Positions 1 through 14,250 of a stretch of DNA of 64,000 nucleotides are shown piece by piece (positions within the stretch are counted from its first letter, which is position 1; every line of letters starts with the position of its first letter). Under the pieces are notes generated by a model. The model saw nothing but the letters and a program-made list of their open reading frames with translations, did not search any database and was not told the DNA's origin. The position numbers and the translations under genes were made by a program. Source of the DNA: Octopus vulgaris (Eukaryota); NCBI GenBank assembly GCA_951406725.2, contig OX597815.1, positions 5,518,001-5,582,000 on the forward strand, in the 5' to 3' direction.

Positions 1-200
1 TACATCATTTTATTAAATGTTGTAAGTATTACAACAGATTTAAGATGCTGAGCACTCATCAGCCAATTATAGAGGTTTTCCATTAATAAAAAAATTGATA
101 TGAAAATTTTTGTATTAATGGAAAACCTCTATAATTGGCTGATGAGTGCTCAGCATTTTAAAACTGTTGTAATACTTACAACGTTTAATAAAATGATGTA
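1..200. repeat. long palindrome formed by two inverted hammerhead-bearing repeats
   Basis: 1-95 is the reverse complement of 106-200 with a few mismatches. Confidence 0.9.
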
Positions 201-220
201 GTACGAAACGATCGTACCAA
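135..220 (+). ncRNA. type I hammerhead ribozyme with extended stem II
   Basis: TTGG-CTGATGA(139-145)-GTGCT..CATTTTA.AAAC.GTTGTAA-tac-TTACAAC.GTTT..TAAAATG..AGTAC-GAA-ACGATCGT-A^-CCAA; intact core with G10.1-C11.1. Confidence 0.75.
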
Positions 221-255
221 ATTACCGGAGTCATTCTTGTTGCTTATTTTGAGTT

Positions 256-319
<64 letters not shown>

Positions 320-557
320 TGTGTTTGTATGTGTGTGTATATACAAATATATATACAGATATTTTCCATTGATAACGGATAAAGAACTAGAGATGCTGCG
401 TCTGGGAATCCGACAGGGTGGGCAACACCGGGCAAACATGGTGTTTACACATTTTACCATAAAACAATTTTTTTTCTCCGCGTTAACTGCAATGAATTTG
501 TCTTTAGAAGTTGGAATATGTTAGCTAAGCCAAAGTTTGCTTGTGCCTTAACGCAGT

Positions 558-900
558 TTGGTGCAGAATTTCTCTCGATCTGGCGGTCTAATGGCGCAAC
601 TCACTCAATGTATTTTAAATGAAGAGAAAAGTTCGTCAGCAGAATTCACGCGGGAGCTCAGCCACAGAGAATGGCATCTCATACCTGTGAAGATGGCGAA
701 AGATTTGTACTCATCTCTTCCCAGGCGTATTGAAGCAATTATTCAAGCTCAGGGAAGCCGCATGAAATATTTACAATGTACGGTAACTTCTTGAAATGAT
801 CATTATGTAAAACATTTTCATTATAGACATTTTTCTATGTTAAAACGCTATATCTTGATTGGTTTATGTAAGGTGGCCGAAAACTTTAGCACCGCCATTT
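558..900 (+). mobile_element. Tc1-family transposon remnant (C-terminal transposase and terminal region); another Tc1-type terminus ends at ~1095
   Basis: EW..IP....KDLYSSLPRRIEAIIQAQG..MKY matches Tc1 C-terminus SMPRR..AVI..KG..TKY; ...gacttttgtacggtactg-TA is a Tc1-like TIR end. Confidence 0.65.
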
Positions 901-1092
901 TTGATGGCCTTCTCGCATCTTCCCCTCTCATTCAGAACCCCTACCACAAAATATAGTGATTAGGTACGGAAATGATTCCAACAGGGCCAATGTTTCATCT
1001 GTAAAAAAACGCAAAGCGAGCCATCCACTTATAAGTTGGCAATTAGTAGAAATTTACAATAGTTTAAAGGGGCCTAAGACTTTTGTACGGTA

Positions 1093-1154
<62 letters not shown>

Positions 1155-1545
1155 AATTAATTGTTATCGCCATATTAATATGGCAGTCTTATAGATATAT
1201 ATTCTCTAGTCTCCATGTTAAAGAGAGTGTGCTAGCATAAATTGAATTTCAGTTGTCTCTTCTTTATTTCTTTTAGATACGTAAGTGTTTGGTATGAGAT
1301 GGATACGTGTTGCTCCTCCGCTATCAAACTACACCTCTTAAAAGATAGTCTCTTGTCTTTGATTCATCAATGAATTTGTATTGATATAATATTCATATCT
1401 TTATAACAATACAATTTCTGTCACAATATTGAACACTCTAATAATACCTCGTCTATATTTTATCAATGTCTTATCAATACATATAATACACACACACACA
1501 CACATACACATCTATGTATAAATATAAATATACATATATATACAT

Positions 1546-1582
<37 letters not shown>

Positions 1583-1611
1583 AAAAAAGGAGATGTCGAA
1601 CACGAGTGGTG

Positions 1612-1932
<321 letters not shown>

Positions 1933-1944
1933 GTGTGTGTGTGC

Positions 1945-3180
1945 GTAACTCTGCATTCGATAAAACAGTGGCCCACAATTTGTTTGCAATGACAGTTCCC
2001 ATACCAACATTTGGGCTGCTTGACTGGACGCTTCATGAGATTCGAGCCATTGATGTAAAAACTCTAAAAATACTAAGAAGCACACATAATTTCCACATCA
2101 ACTGCGATGTAGACGGCCCCTTTCTAAAACGAAAACAAGGCGACAGAGGCTTAACATCGATCCAAAATCCCTTTGAATGTCGTATCATATCCCTTTGTCA
2201 ACATCTTTTAACCACCAAGCGTCGAAGTGTATCTCTTGACCAAGTAAGCATTTGCAATCCAGGAACAGGAAATATCAACCAAGTACCTGATGCACAAAAG
2301 GGAAAGAGTTGCTGGAAAAGTTAAAATGTGACAACCGATGCAGACTTTGTGGAGTTAACACCGAAGATATCACGCACATCATAAGCAGTGGTCCGAAAAT
2401 GTCATTACGGTATAATCTACCGATGAGATATGACGTTGCAGCTAGGACACTCTATAATGAAATCCGTATGAAGGATAACCCCCAAGGACAAAGAAATAAG
2501 AACCCACAGTGTTGTAGAAGCCATAGTCACTCATAATAAAAAGGAATACTGGTGGAATGCCCCAGTGAAGATCTCAATCAAATGTAAGCACAACAGACCT
2601 GATATAATGATTTGGGGTGGAGAAGAGAAACTGTGCACAGTTGTGGAAATTAGCTGCTCAGCGGATGTTAACATTAAGCTGAAGATCAGTGAAAAAGAGA
2701 ACACTATTGAGAAATCTGTATCTACTTTATTCAGATTACGAGTTCAAGATTATACCTGTAATTAATGGGGTTCTGGGTTATGTAACACATTGCCTAAATA
2801 CCAATCTTGAGAAATTAGGCTTCTCAAAACCAGAAAGGAGAAAGCTAATTCGAAGACTACAGATCTAATCTATCACTGGAACTGTAAAAATCTGTAAAAC
2901 TTTCCAGAAGTTTATCATTTAAACATATATGAGCATGTCTATGCAACTATATGCATGAGAATACATAAATAAAACATCCATCCATCCATCCATCCATCCA
3001 TCCATCCATCCATCCATACATACATACATACATACATACATACATACATACATACATACAAAAATACCCTGTTGTTGAGGATGAAATTTCAGTGAAAGAG
3101 ACTTAGATCTAGGTAAGAAACCGGTTCTTTCTGTATTGGCAAGAAATCTTGAAGTAAAACTGAATAATTACATACATCCA
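1945..3180 (+). mobile_element. 5'-truncated R4/Dong-like (REL endonuclease) non-LTR retrotransposon ending in (TACA)n
   Basis: frameshifted ORFs with CRLC...EDITHI zinc knuckle and NRPDI..W...C..VEISC REL motif. Confidence 0.8.
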
Positions 3181-3844
3181 TACATACATACATACATACA
3201 CACTTACATACATACGACAGGCTTCCTTTCGGTTTTTGTCTATCAAATCAATTCGCAAGATTTTGGTCATCCCATGACTATCGTAGAAGACACTTGATAA
3301 ACGGTGCCAGACAGTGGGATTGAACTTCTTACTGCACAGCCACTCGTAAATTCTGGTAAATTTTGTTCATATTTCTTCATCGGTGCCTTATAATTGTATA
3401 TAATTGTATAGATTCATTATTACGTTAAATATTTATCTTAAATTTCAAATATTCGTTTTATGATTTGTCGGTTTACCAATCAGAGACGTGAACCTTGAAC
3501 TGTCTCCGAACAAGCGAGCAATGGCGGCAGAATGGTCGAGAATAAATTTCGATTTTTTTTTATTATTCTTCTTGGATTGTTCACAATATTTGAAAGTAAT
3601 ATCACAAAGTTTGATATTGTCGAGAACAATCACCGAAGAGATAAGATGTATATATATATATATATACCACAATAATGTTTGTGTGTGTGTGTCTATGTGT
3701 GTAGTCGTTTACTGCGCACCATGTTTGTATTTATTGCGTATATGCATGTAAGTATATTTCAGTATATGAATGCATATGTGCAAGCATACGTTATGCATTT
3801 TCGGTTTATATATGTAGCCATGCACGTATACATACACGTGTGTG

Positions 3845-4007
<163 letters not shown>

Positions 4008-4844
4008 CTTAACTCTAAAGCGACTAAATATATATATATATACATATGTGTGTGTTTGTGAGTGTGCGTATGTATGCGTGTGGCTGCATACGCCTGCGCA
4101 TGCGTGTTGTCAACAGAGTCACGTTGATCTTGTGAAAGCGATAAAACCCGTGTTATAACAAACTTCATTTCAACGAACACAAAACCTCAAACGATAAACA
4201 AATAATTTCAAGATTAAAACCATGTCAGTATAGATTTCTTTCGATTTGGTTTTCCTGATATTTACCAACATATTTGTTTGTTTTTTGTTGTTTATAATTG
4301 TTTTTGTTTTTTTCTCGTTTTTTCTTGTTTTTTTTTTGTGTTTGTTTTTCACCCCTGGAATCTGAAATTCTTGCAGCTCAAATCGTTGATTTACAATTTT
4401 TTTTTCCTCGTGATTATCTTTATCATAAAAATATCTCCATTTTTTTTTATTTCACTCCCAGAACGATTGCCTATTTTTCTTGACCGATTCCATTAGAAAC
4501 ACTAAATGTGGGCTTTGTGTGTGTGCATAAGAACTATTTCTCAACCTTGGATCTTTAGAAAGTCTTTGAAATTCTTTGCAATTTGGCATGGCCGTTAATC
4601 ATTTACGAAATCTTTCGTTTGTAGTTCGAAATATCTGGTAGGCTACGACAAGAATAACCAACACAAATATTTATTTCGGTTTTCACATATTTTTATTTAC
4701 ACGCATTTATATTTACATGTATAGACTCAGGCGTGGGTTGCTTCCCAGCCACATGGTTTCAGGTTATCCACTGCGTGGCGCATTGGGCAAGTGTCTTCTA
4801 CAATAGCCTCGGCTCGACCGAAGCCTTGTGGGTGGATAGACAGA

Positions 4845-4899
<55 letters not shown>

Positions 4900-4992
4900 T
4901 CCAAACAAGAAAGCACAAAAAAACACAACAACGCGAGGACGTGGAACAAATATAGTATTATTGGACGCTCAGGAAAGAAGGGAAGAAGGAGG

Positions 4993-5027
4993 GTTTAACG
5001 TTTCGAGCGGAGCTCTTCGTCGGAAAC
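4993..5027 (-). ncRNA. minimal hammerhead variant (U4C) in a Penelope-like terminal repeat
   Basis: GTTT-CCGACGA-a-GAGC-tcc-GCTC-GAA-ACGT-T^-AAAC. Confidence 0.55.
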
Positions 5028-5960
5028 ATAGGAGAAGGATAGATCCAGAGAAGGGAAGACGGAGGAAAAGAATCGCCAACGGTACACATGCAGTCACATT
5101 TTGAATGACCGGAAGGAAATATATATATATATGTATATATATATATGTTATATATATATATATGTATATATCTATGTATATATATATATGTATGTATATA
5201 TATGCATGTATATATATATATGTATATATTTATATATATATATGTATATATTTATATATATATGTATATATATATATATGTATATATATGTATATATATA
5301 TGTATGTATATATATATATATGTATGTATATATATGTATATATATATATGTATATATGTATGTATGTATGTATATATGTATGTATATATGTATGTATGTA
5401 TGTATATATGTATGTATATATGTATGTATATATGTATGTATATATATATATATATATGTATGTATATATATATATATAGAGAGAGAGATATATATAGAAA
5501 AGATGTTTTAAAACGCCACTTATATAAGATAAATTTTAATTTTCCGAGAGATTTTACATGTTTCGGTTCTTCTTGAAAAATGGAACCTTATCAAAAATAT
5601 ATATTTTTAAAAGTTAATTGTAATAAAAGAAAAGTTCATAATTATTTGGGAACATAAATGGCGGTGCTCCAGCATGGCCACAGCTAGTGAGCTGAAACTA
5701 GATAAATAAAAATAGAATAGTGGCTGTCTTGTGCATCATTGCGTCTTTGTCAACCATCACTGCTTGACAACTGATGTTGGTGTGTTTGCGCCCCCGTAAC
5801 TTAGCAGTTCGGCAAAAGTGACAGATAGACTAAGTGGCACGCTTAAAAGAATATCAAGTAATGGAGTCTATTCACTCGACTAAACATTTTTGAAGGCGGT
5901 GCCTCAGCATGGCCGCAGCCTAATGACTGAAACAAGTAAAAAGATAAAAGTTATATATAA

Positions 5961-6117
5961 GTTGTATACTGTCAATCTAACACAAACGTGACAGTAGGGG
6001 GTTACACTACCGCTGTTTAGCCCTAGGAAGCATCGATGCCTCCTGATGCTTCCTAGGGCTAAACAGCGGTAGTGTAACCCCTACTGTCACGTTTGTGTTA
6101 GATTGACAGTATACAAC
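5961..6117. repeat. ~73-bp-arm hairpin with 10-nt loop
   Basis: gttgtatactgtcaatc...ggaagcatc / gatgcttcc...gattgacagtatacaac. Confidence 0.9.
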
Positions 6118-6761
6118 CATTCTATCGCCCCACCACCGTACATGTCTCTATGAGACATTTAGAAATTTAATATTTCTGATTCTATATAAGTATTTGATTT
6201 AAAACGAATGACATTTACGAGATAACGAACATAATAATTAGAAGTGTTCTGTGATAGAACATTCTAGAAAATATGATGAAAGCAGTTCAACCACCGCGAG
6301 ATAATGTGTGCACGATTCAGCATTACAACTGAACGTTGGTATCTTTTGTCGAATACGACATCAGCATGTTAAGTAAAAAGCAAGTAAAAGAGGACGAGAG
6401 ACCAACTGACACGGTATAAGGTGACGTAGCCCTCTACAGACTGTTGGATAGCTTTAGTTTGACTTGGAAGTCGCCAGCTTTTTATAACTGTAAGCAAAAG
6501 TCTCCAGAACTTTCGATTAAAGGATTTGGCGGGAAAATAGGCACATTTCCTGTAAAGTTGGTTACATCAACCACAACAGCCAGGTAACTCTGACTGATTG
6601 TCCCATGTCTGGTTTGGTGTTAATGCGTTTTATGGCGATAAATTACTTTCTATGGCAATGTGGTAGGTCGTAGTCCTGCACTGGGGAAACTCGAGTGCGA
6701 GAAGCTGTAATCGACTTAGCCCTTTACCTCAAAATCACTGGCTTCCTGCCGCCAAAATTTA

Positions 6762-6765
<4 letters not shown>

Positions 6766-6810
<45 letters not shown>

Positions 6811-7012
6811 CCACCATCATCACCACCACCATCATCATTATCATCATCATCATCATCACCATCATCACCATCACCACCATCACCATCATCACCATCACCA
6901 TCATCACCATCATCATCATTACCATCACCATCATCATCAGCATCACCATCACCATCACCATCACCATCACCACCATCATCACCACCATCATCATCATCAC
7001 CATCACCATCAC

Positions 7013-7056
<44 letters not shown>

Positions 7057-7111
7057 CCAACAACAACATCACCATCACCATCATCACCACCATCATCATC
7101 ATCACCATCAC

Positions 7112-7158
<47 letters not shown>

Positions 7159-7195
7159 CCATCACCATCACCACCATCATCATCATCACCACCAC

Positions 7196-7248
<53 letters not shown>
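6766..7248. repeat. (CAT/CAC)n trinucleotide array; similar arrays at 19223-19850, 41000-41600, 53855-54030; (CTA)n at 8175-8385
   Basis: visible simple repeats that give poly-H/D/M/S pseudo-ORFs. Confidence 0.95.
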
Positions 7249-7249
<1 letters not shown>

Positions 7250-7284
7250 TGTTATTATTATTAATATTATTATTATTATCATTA

Positions 7285-8174
7285 TTGTTGTTGTTGTTGT
7301 TGTTGTTCAGTAGTCTAATTTTTATCACATGCTTTCACTTCACTACCGAGCGCAGCTCTGTGTGCCTTGGGTATGTGCTGTGATTTGTTGTGATGCTCTT
7401 ATGGTTACTGTATTGAAAGTGTTTTACATAGGATGTGTGCAGTGCCCAGTAGTGCAATTTTCTGTATGTTATATGTGTTTGTTAAGTCCTGATGTTTTTA
7501 TTATGTATTTGTCTGAATATGTTTTTTATCATACCTAATGCACCTACTTATGATAGGAATCGTTTCTGTTTTTAGACTCCACATTCGAGTTACGTTCCTT
7601 TCCAAATCTCTGTATTTTGAAAGTTTCTCCATTTCTTTTAGAGAAACATTGTCATCTGCTGATATTGATACATTGATTAGAAAGCATGTTTTTCTTGGTG
7701 ATCTCTGACAATTATATTCGGTCTATTGACCTTAATTTCTCAATCTGTGTGTATTGACATATCCCAGATATGGTTGCTTTCTCATTTTCTGTGGCCTTAT
7801 TTTTTTTTTCATATACACACAACAGATTAAACTGTTGGAAAAGAAAAATTTCTAACATTAGTCTACAAATAACCTTCGATGCCAAGAACCCTCCTAAGCA
7901 TCCTTGCTGTCCCTAATAACACAGTTTTCTGGAGCTGGACTAAACTGGCTTTTATGCCCATTTCCTCTATCCATCTGTTCAAATCTTTAGGGATATTTTC
8001 CAATGCACCTATAACTACTGGGAGACATTTTACCCACACTTTCCATTGTCTCTGTAATTCAATAACTAGGTCCTGGTACTTTTCTATTTTTTCTATACTT
8101 CTCATATTGATTTTTCATCATTTGAGACTGTAAAGTCAATTATCTGACACTTTCTATTCTCTTTATCTACTACA

Positions 8175-8175
<1 letters not shown>
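7285..8175 (-). mobile_element. two 3' fragments of REL-type LINEs flanked by (AAT/AAC/TAG)n
   Basis: EKIEKYQDL..EL...W......PVVIGAL...QKTVLLGTARMLRRVL, and QKIALLGTAHIL at ~7430-7470. Confidence 0.75.
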
Positions 8176-8241
<66 letters not shown>

Positions 8242-8256
8242 AACTACTACTACTAA

Positions 8257-8296
<40 letters not shown>

Positions 8297-8325
8297 AACT
8301 ACTACTACTAAACTACTACTACTAA

Positions 8326-8367
<42 letters not shown>

Positions 8368-8857
8368 GCTACTACTACTACTATTATTATTATTATTATT
8401 ATTATTATGCGAGATCCATGAATGCCATCAAAGTGACACTGGGCTACAAATATTCGAAGCCCAGTATACCCATCGTGACTATCCGTCTGATAAGAGTACA
8501 CCAGACACATGCATCACAACCATACGTGCGTTATAGGCTGACATTTGATATTATTATTATTATTATTATTATGATAATAATAATTATTATTATTAATGTA
8601 TAACACCGTGTGTGTATGGAGGTGGGGATTCGTATAACTGATAAAACTTAGGATATTCATCTGAACGCTACTTCAATGATATTTGCATCAATTGACCTGA
8701 CTGTCATGAATTAAGACAAAAATTGCTTATTAATCAACAGCACACACACACAGCCAAACACCTCTTTTTAGTTCATGAAAACATACCCTTCCGATATTAA
8801 ATGCATTATCTTTTGCAGTCTGTTATATATATACACATATATACACACAAACACATG

Positions 8858-8912
<55 letters not shown>

Positions 8913-9519
8913 GGGCATTCTTGAATCACTGTGTACCGACTGCGATTAATTTATATTTCTGGCTAATTATTTATTATTTAATGATCTTTCATTCAATTAT
9001 CAGCTATATTTGCGGCCCCCATTATTCACACATACACACAAACACCTCCGAACAGCAATATTTCACAATTGAGAGAAAGCAGACGACATCGCCATGATTA
9101 AAGCTAACACTTACTAAATTAAAATATTTTTCCCCAGCTTCTATTATTGCTTATTTATTCATTCTTAATGCAAATTTTAAACGTTTAAATATACTTCTTT
9201 TTTTTATTCGTTTACGAGCAATTCTCTTTGCATTAATTCTCGTGTTCGTCTGAAAGTCATTGTGTGTGTGCGTGTGTGTTTATATATATATGTCTGTGCT
9301 GCGCAGTTTCTTTTTTATTGCCTTTCTTCCTCTGAATACATGTAAATGATTTTGTATCTGATAACAATACTGTTTTCTCTTTCGGTCTCGGTTTTAATCA
9401 TTTATATTCTACTTCTTTCAGTTATTGGACTGCGGTCATATTGGAGCACCGTCTTGAAGGACTTCGTTGAACAAACCGATCCAGTTACTATCGGTCTCTC
9501 TTTGTCGAATCGCTATTTT

Positions 9520-10260
9520 GTGTTTGAGTGTCTGTTTGTCCCCCAAATATCGTTTGACAACCGATGTTAGTGTGTTTACGTCTCCGTAACTTAGCAGTTC
9601 GGCAAAAGAGACCGATAGAATAAGTACTAGGCTTACAAAGAATAAGTCCTGGGGTCAATTTGTTCGAATAAAGAATAAAAAGATATTATTGTAAAAAAAT
9701 GTCATTGTTAGGTTAAGTGGTTAAGAAACTCGCTTGAAATTATGTGGTTTTGGGTTCAGTTCCACCTTGCGGCATTTTGGCTGCCTTCTACAGAGCATAA
9801 AACAAAACAACTCCAGTCGTCAAGTGTTGGTGGTGGAGAGACACAAACACAACGACGCACAGACATACACATACGCGCGCACACACGACGGGCTTCCGCG
9901 CAGTTTCTGTCAACTAAATTGACTCACAAGACTTTGGTCATCTGGGGCGAATTGTAGAAGGCAGCCAAAATGCCGCAAGGTGGAACTGAACCCCCGAAAC
10001 CACATAATTTCAAGCGAGTTTCTTAACCACTTAACCTAACAATGACATTCTTTTTACAATATCTTTTTATTCTTTTATTTGTTTCAGTCATTTGACTGCG
10101 GCCATGCTGGAGCAGCGCGTTTACTCGAACAAATCGACCCCAGGACTTATTCTTTGTCAGCCTAGTACTTATTCTATCGTCTCTTTTGCCGAACCGCTAA
10201 GTTACGGTGACGTAAACACACCAGCATCGGTTGTCAAGCGATGTTGGGGGGACAAACAGA
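9520..10260. repeat. local inverted duplication (~270-bp arms) of SINE tail + spacer + SINE head
   Basis: 9680-9791 is a near-exact reverse complement of 9953-10070, including non-SINE spacer. Confidence 0.8.
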
Positions 10261-10393
10261 CACAAATACACACACACACACATCCACACACATACACACA
10301 CACACACACACATACACACACACACACACGATAGGTCGTTAGCCACTACACATTTTTTCTCTCCTTGCTTCTCTCCTTGTTTTTTCTGTGTCC

Positions 10394-10429
10394 CTTTCTG
10401 TAGAAGAGCGTAGGCTCGAAACTTAAAAG
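10394..10429 (+). ncRNA. degenerate minimal hammerhead
   Basis: CTTT-CTGTAGA-a-GAGC-gtag-GCTC-GAA-ACtT-A^-AAAG. Confidence 0.45.
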
Positions 10430-10536
10430 ACATTTTATATTCCTGAGCGTTATACTAATACATCTGTTTGTTTTGTACACCACCTGTCTTCGTCTTTTGT
10501 TGGGTTTTTTTTCGTGAACTCTCCCCCTATATATAT

Positions 10537-10577
<41 letters not shown>

Positions 10578-11623
10578 CACGATGGGCTTCTTTCAGTTTC
10601 CGTCTACCAAATCCACTTACAAGGCTTTGGTCGGCCCGAGGCTATAGTAAAAGACACTTGCTCAAGGTGCCACGAAACCATGTGGTTGGTTGCAATGCAA
10701 GCTACTTACTTCACAGCCACGCAAGTTTCTGTTGTATCGAATCAGTTGTACTCACCCTAAGGGGATCTGATACTCATCGATTTTCGAGGAATGAAGGGCA
10801 AATCGGGCGCAGTGAAATTTGAACCCATAAGCTAACAGAAAGAGGCTGTGCACCGCAACATTAATTTCCTTCTATTTCATCAAACTCATTTCAATGTTTC
10901 ATAGTTTTGAAGAATTATTTTTAATTTCGGCACAAGGGTATCAAGGGTATCAATTGATAATATTGGCTCCAGTAGTTGACACTTTATTTTATCGACCCCC
11001 AAAAATGAAAGATACGATCGACCTCAACGGAATTTGAACTCAGAACGTAACGTAATGATTCGGAAGAAATGCTGCTTCTAAATATTTTCTAAGACGTCTT
11101 AACGATTCGGCCAGCTCGACATTTTTTCGGTCGTAATAATTCCTTTCTACTTTTGGCACATAGCCTGAAATCCTTTTAGGGGGTGAGAGATAGTCGATTA
11201 CATCGACCCCAGTATCCAACTGGTACTTATTTTATCGATCCTGAAAAGATGAAAGGCAAAGACGACCTCGGCGGAGTTTGTTCTTAAAACGTAAAACCGA
11301 ATGAAATGCCGTTAAACATTTTGTCCGACCTTCTAACGATTCTGCCAACTCGACGTCTCCGTTTGGAATAAAGATTTAAATCCAAGGCTATAAATTGGTT
11401 GGTAGTCGGAAACGCTCTGGAACTTATTTTAAAAATCTCGAAGAATAAAAAACAAAGTCGTTCTCGGGAGAATAGCGTTGTTCGTAAGAATAATTTCTAG
11501 CCTCAGTTCCAGATCTCAAATTCTTTTGTGGAACCAGGGAACAACCAATTACATAGAACCCAATACTAGACTTTTGTTGTATATAATGTCGTAGTTGTTT
11601 TATGGCGGCGAGCTGGCAGAATC

Positions 11624-12000
11624 GTTAGCACGCCGGGCGAAATGCGTAGCGGTATTTCGTCTGCCGTTATGTTGTGAGTTCGAATTCCGCCGAGGTCGAC
11701 TTTGCCTTTCATCCTTTCGGAGTCGATAAATTAAGTACCAGTTACGCACTGGGGTCGATATAATCGACTTAATTCCTTTGTCTGGCCTTGTTTGTCCTCT
11801 CTGTGTTTAGCCCCTTGTGGGTAGTAAAGAAATAGGTATTTCGTCTGCCGTTACGTTCTGAGTTCAAATTCCGCCGAGGTCGACTTTGCCATACATCCTT
11901 TCGGGGTCGATAAATTAAGTAGCAGTTACGCACTGGGGTCGATGTAATCGACTTAATTCCTTTGTCTGTCCTTGTTTGTCCCCTGTGAGCAATAAAGAAA
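11624..12000 (+). mobile_element. SINE A dimer (other dimers 28266-28651 +, 37207-37603 +, 58926-59333 -, 62365-62680 -)
   Basis: head ggcggcgagctggcagaatcgttagc plus two bodies. Confidence 0.85.
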
Positions 12001-12344
12001 TATATATTGTCTTTGCTGTTTTTATTCATTTACTTGCTTCAATCATTGGACCATGACCATATTTTGAACGGTTTAATCGAACGTATTGATTCCGGAACAT
12101 ATTTTAAATGAATTTCTTATTTTGTCAACACCTGTTTGTTGAAGCACTAAGTTATGGGTCATAGCGTAAACACAGACACGCGCACTCACATATATTCTTG
12201 CGAACTACTCCATCTCAATAAGAGATTTTCTAATTATTTGGAATACTGGTAGAATTTCTCACGTAGAACACAGTTTACTCTGAACGTTTTTGACAAAATT
12301 TCGTATTTCAGAAGTTATTTCGTGTTGTCGTATTTGGGTAATTT

Positions 12345-12592
12345 CAACCAATCAACGACCTGCATTCGGTTGAAGAAAGTTACTGCTGTTTACCATAGTA
12401 ATCGAAGAGGAACAACTTCCGGGTCATCTCTACTAAATGTCACCTCTCTGTTCTGTTCTATACGTATATGTATTTACTTATAAACATGTATTGCGTGTGT
12501 AGCGGCTATAAGACTTTAGAAGCAACAGCATGACGTCATAGTAGTGTCGGCTGTCTTTTGTTTATAAATGTCTTACGCTTTTTCATTGGTCA
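12345..12592. promoter_or_regulatory. cluster of CCAAT, ETS (ACTTCCGG 12415-12422) and CRE (TGACGTCA 12531-12538) motifs
   Basis: motif matches only. Confidence 0.2.
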
Positions 12593-13233
12593 GTTTTACT
12601 GTCGATACATTGATTCTAATCTTCGTGAAAAGTTTCTTTCCAATGGAGAAAGGTTCTTAGAATCAGGTTTACGACAGTTACAAAAACCCTAAAATTATTT
12701 AGTGACACTCGGTTTGCCACACGGGACCCTCGTCACTCACTCTGGCAATGCGATTCTGCATTGTTCCTCCTTCACGACCTTATGTCCTGCTATTCTCAAC
12801 CGTTTTCGTGTAGTTTTGAAGAACCAGCTAAGAAAGTTTTTCCTTTCGTCATTCTCGCGACAGACTCCTTTTAAAACATGTTTTTCTTCAGTATAATATG
12901 TACTGCAATTTTTCCTATCATTATTATGTTGTGATCAATTCATTTTATATATTTTTACTTTCTGTAAATAAATGATTGGTGTTAAATCCAGTCCTTCTTC
13001 TCTTGATATTATCTGTACGAACTCTGATCGTATGATTATAAGGAAAAGGAATTAGTTAAAGATTTATTTGCATGCACCTTTATGAAGATATACTCAAGCC
13101 TCTATCAACTCGAGAAAATACAGTCAACCCAGTTTGAAGAAATGACATTCTTAAGATAAACATGACTCCTTAAATTCTCTTCCACAAATATTTTTACCTT
13201 CCTATCAAAAACACATTATCTTATCCTATAACC

Positions 13234-13466
13234 TTTTTCTTTACTACCCACGAGGGGTTAAACATGGAGGGGACAAACAAGGACAGACAAACGGATTTAG
13301 TCGATTATATCGACCCCAGTGCGTAACTGGTACTTAATTTATCGACCCCGAAAGGATGAAAGGCAAAGTCGACCTCGGCGGAATTTCAACTCAGAATGTA
13401 ACGGCAGACGAAATACCGCTAAGCATTTCGCCCGGCGCGCTTACGTCTCTGCCAGCTCGCCGCCTT
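13234..13466 (-). mobile_element. SINE A monomer with target-site duplication (others 11140-11355, 14405-14560, 32570-32799, 56745-57470 x3, 59680-59872, 60480-60680, 60808-61036)
   Basis: TSD cttatcctataacc on both sides. Confidence 0.9.
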
Positions 13467-13522
13467 CTTATCCTATAACCAGTTAGTGAAATGTCGGTAT
13501 CTCCAACATAGATTCTACTCAC

Positions 13523-14250
13523 GTTCCCCGACTAAGGACGACCACCTCGCTACCTTCCCCTGTTTTGGAGACCTTGGGAAAGATAATGGGTGCTGTCTTC
13601 TCTCTACTGACCAAGTGGTGTGAAGGAAAACATTTTTAAATAAACAAAAATAAAGCAAAGACGGGCGGAAATTATAAATTGTGTTGATTGTGAAAGTAAG
13701 GTTGGTAAAAATGGCTGCCAAAGCGCTTTTATAAATTAGACTGACGGCTTAAGATAATGAAACAATATAGACAGAAAGAGCCCTTAAAAAGGCGGGATTG
13801 TCATGGCTGAAATATCTGGTGATCATAAGACTACTGGAGCAAGATTCAACTGGGATTAAACAACACCTCAACACCATCAACAGCAACAACACGATCAATA
13901 TCACCAATACCACAAATATCAACGCCATCAACAGCAAAAGCAACAACCAATACCACTAACGCCACCAACGGCAACACCGATTACTATTACATATTGAAAA
14001 TTTTCTGGGGTTTTATTTCATTTCATTTTACGAAACTGACGAGTTGGTCCCATGAAAATATTTTATTGGTAAATATTGATTGGAGTGAAAGGAGTAGAAG
14101 AGGGGGGAGAGGGATGAAAGAAAAAAAGTGAGAGAAGAGAACGATAGGAAAAGGACGAAAGAGGGAGTGAGAGAAGGGAGAGAGAGAAAGAGAGAGATTT
14201 CACGCCGACATATTCGTTCTTTTCAAAACCAGCAGCCGCCATTTTTATTA
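13523..14250 (-). other. possible non-coding first exon of a second minus-strand transcript
   Basis: repeat-poor island; AAAATGGCGG (YY1-like) at ~14235-14244; consensus donor AAC|GTGAGT at 13522-13517. Confidence 0.3.

Noticed and set aside
6695-7328. poly-His/Asp/Met ORFs (also 19077-19893, 40768-41637, 53692-54245)
   Set aside because: Trinucleotide microsatellites open in several frames on both strands, with no splice or domain support.
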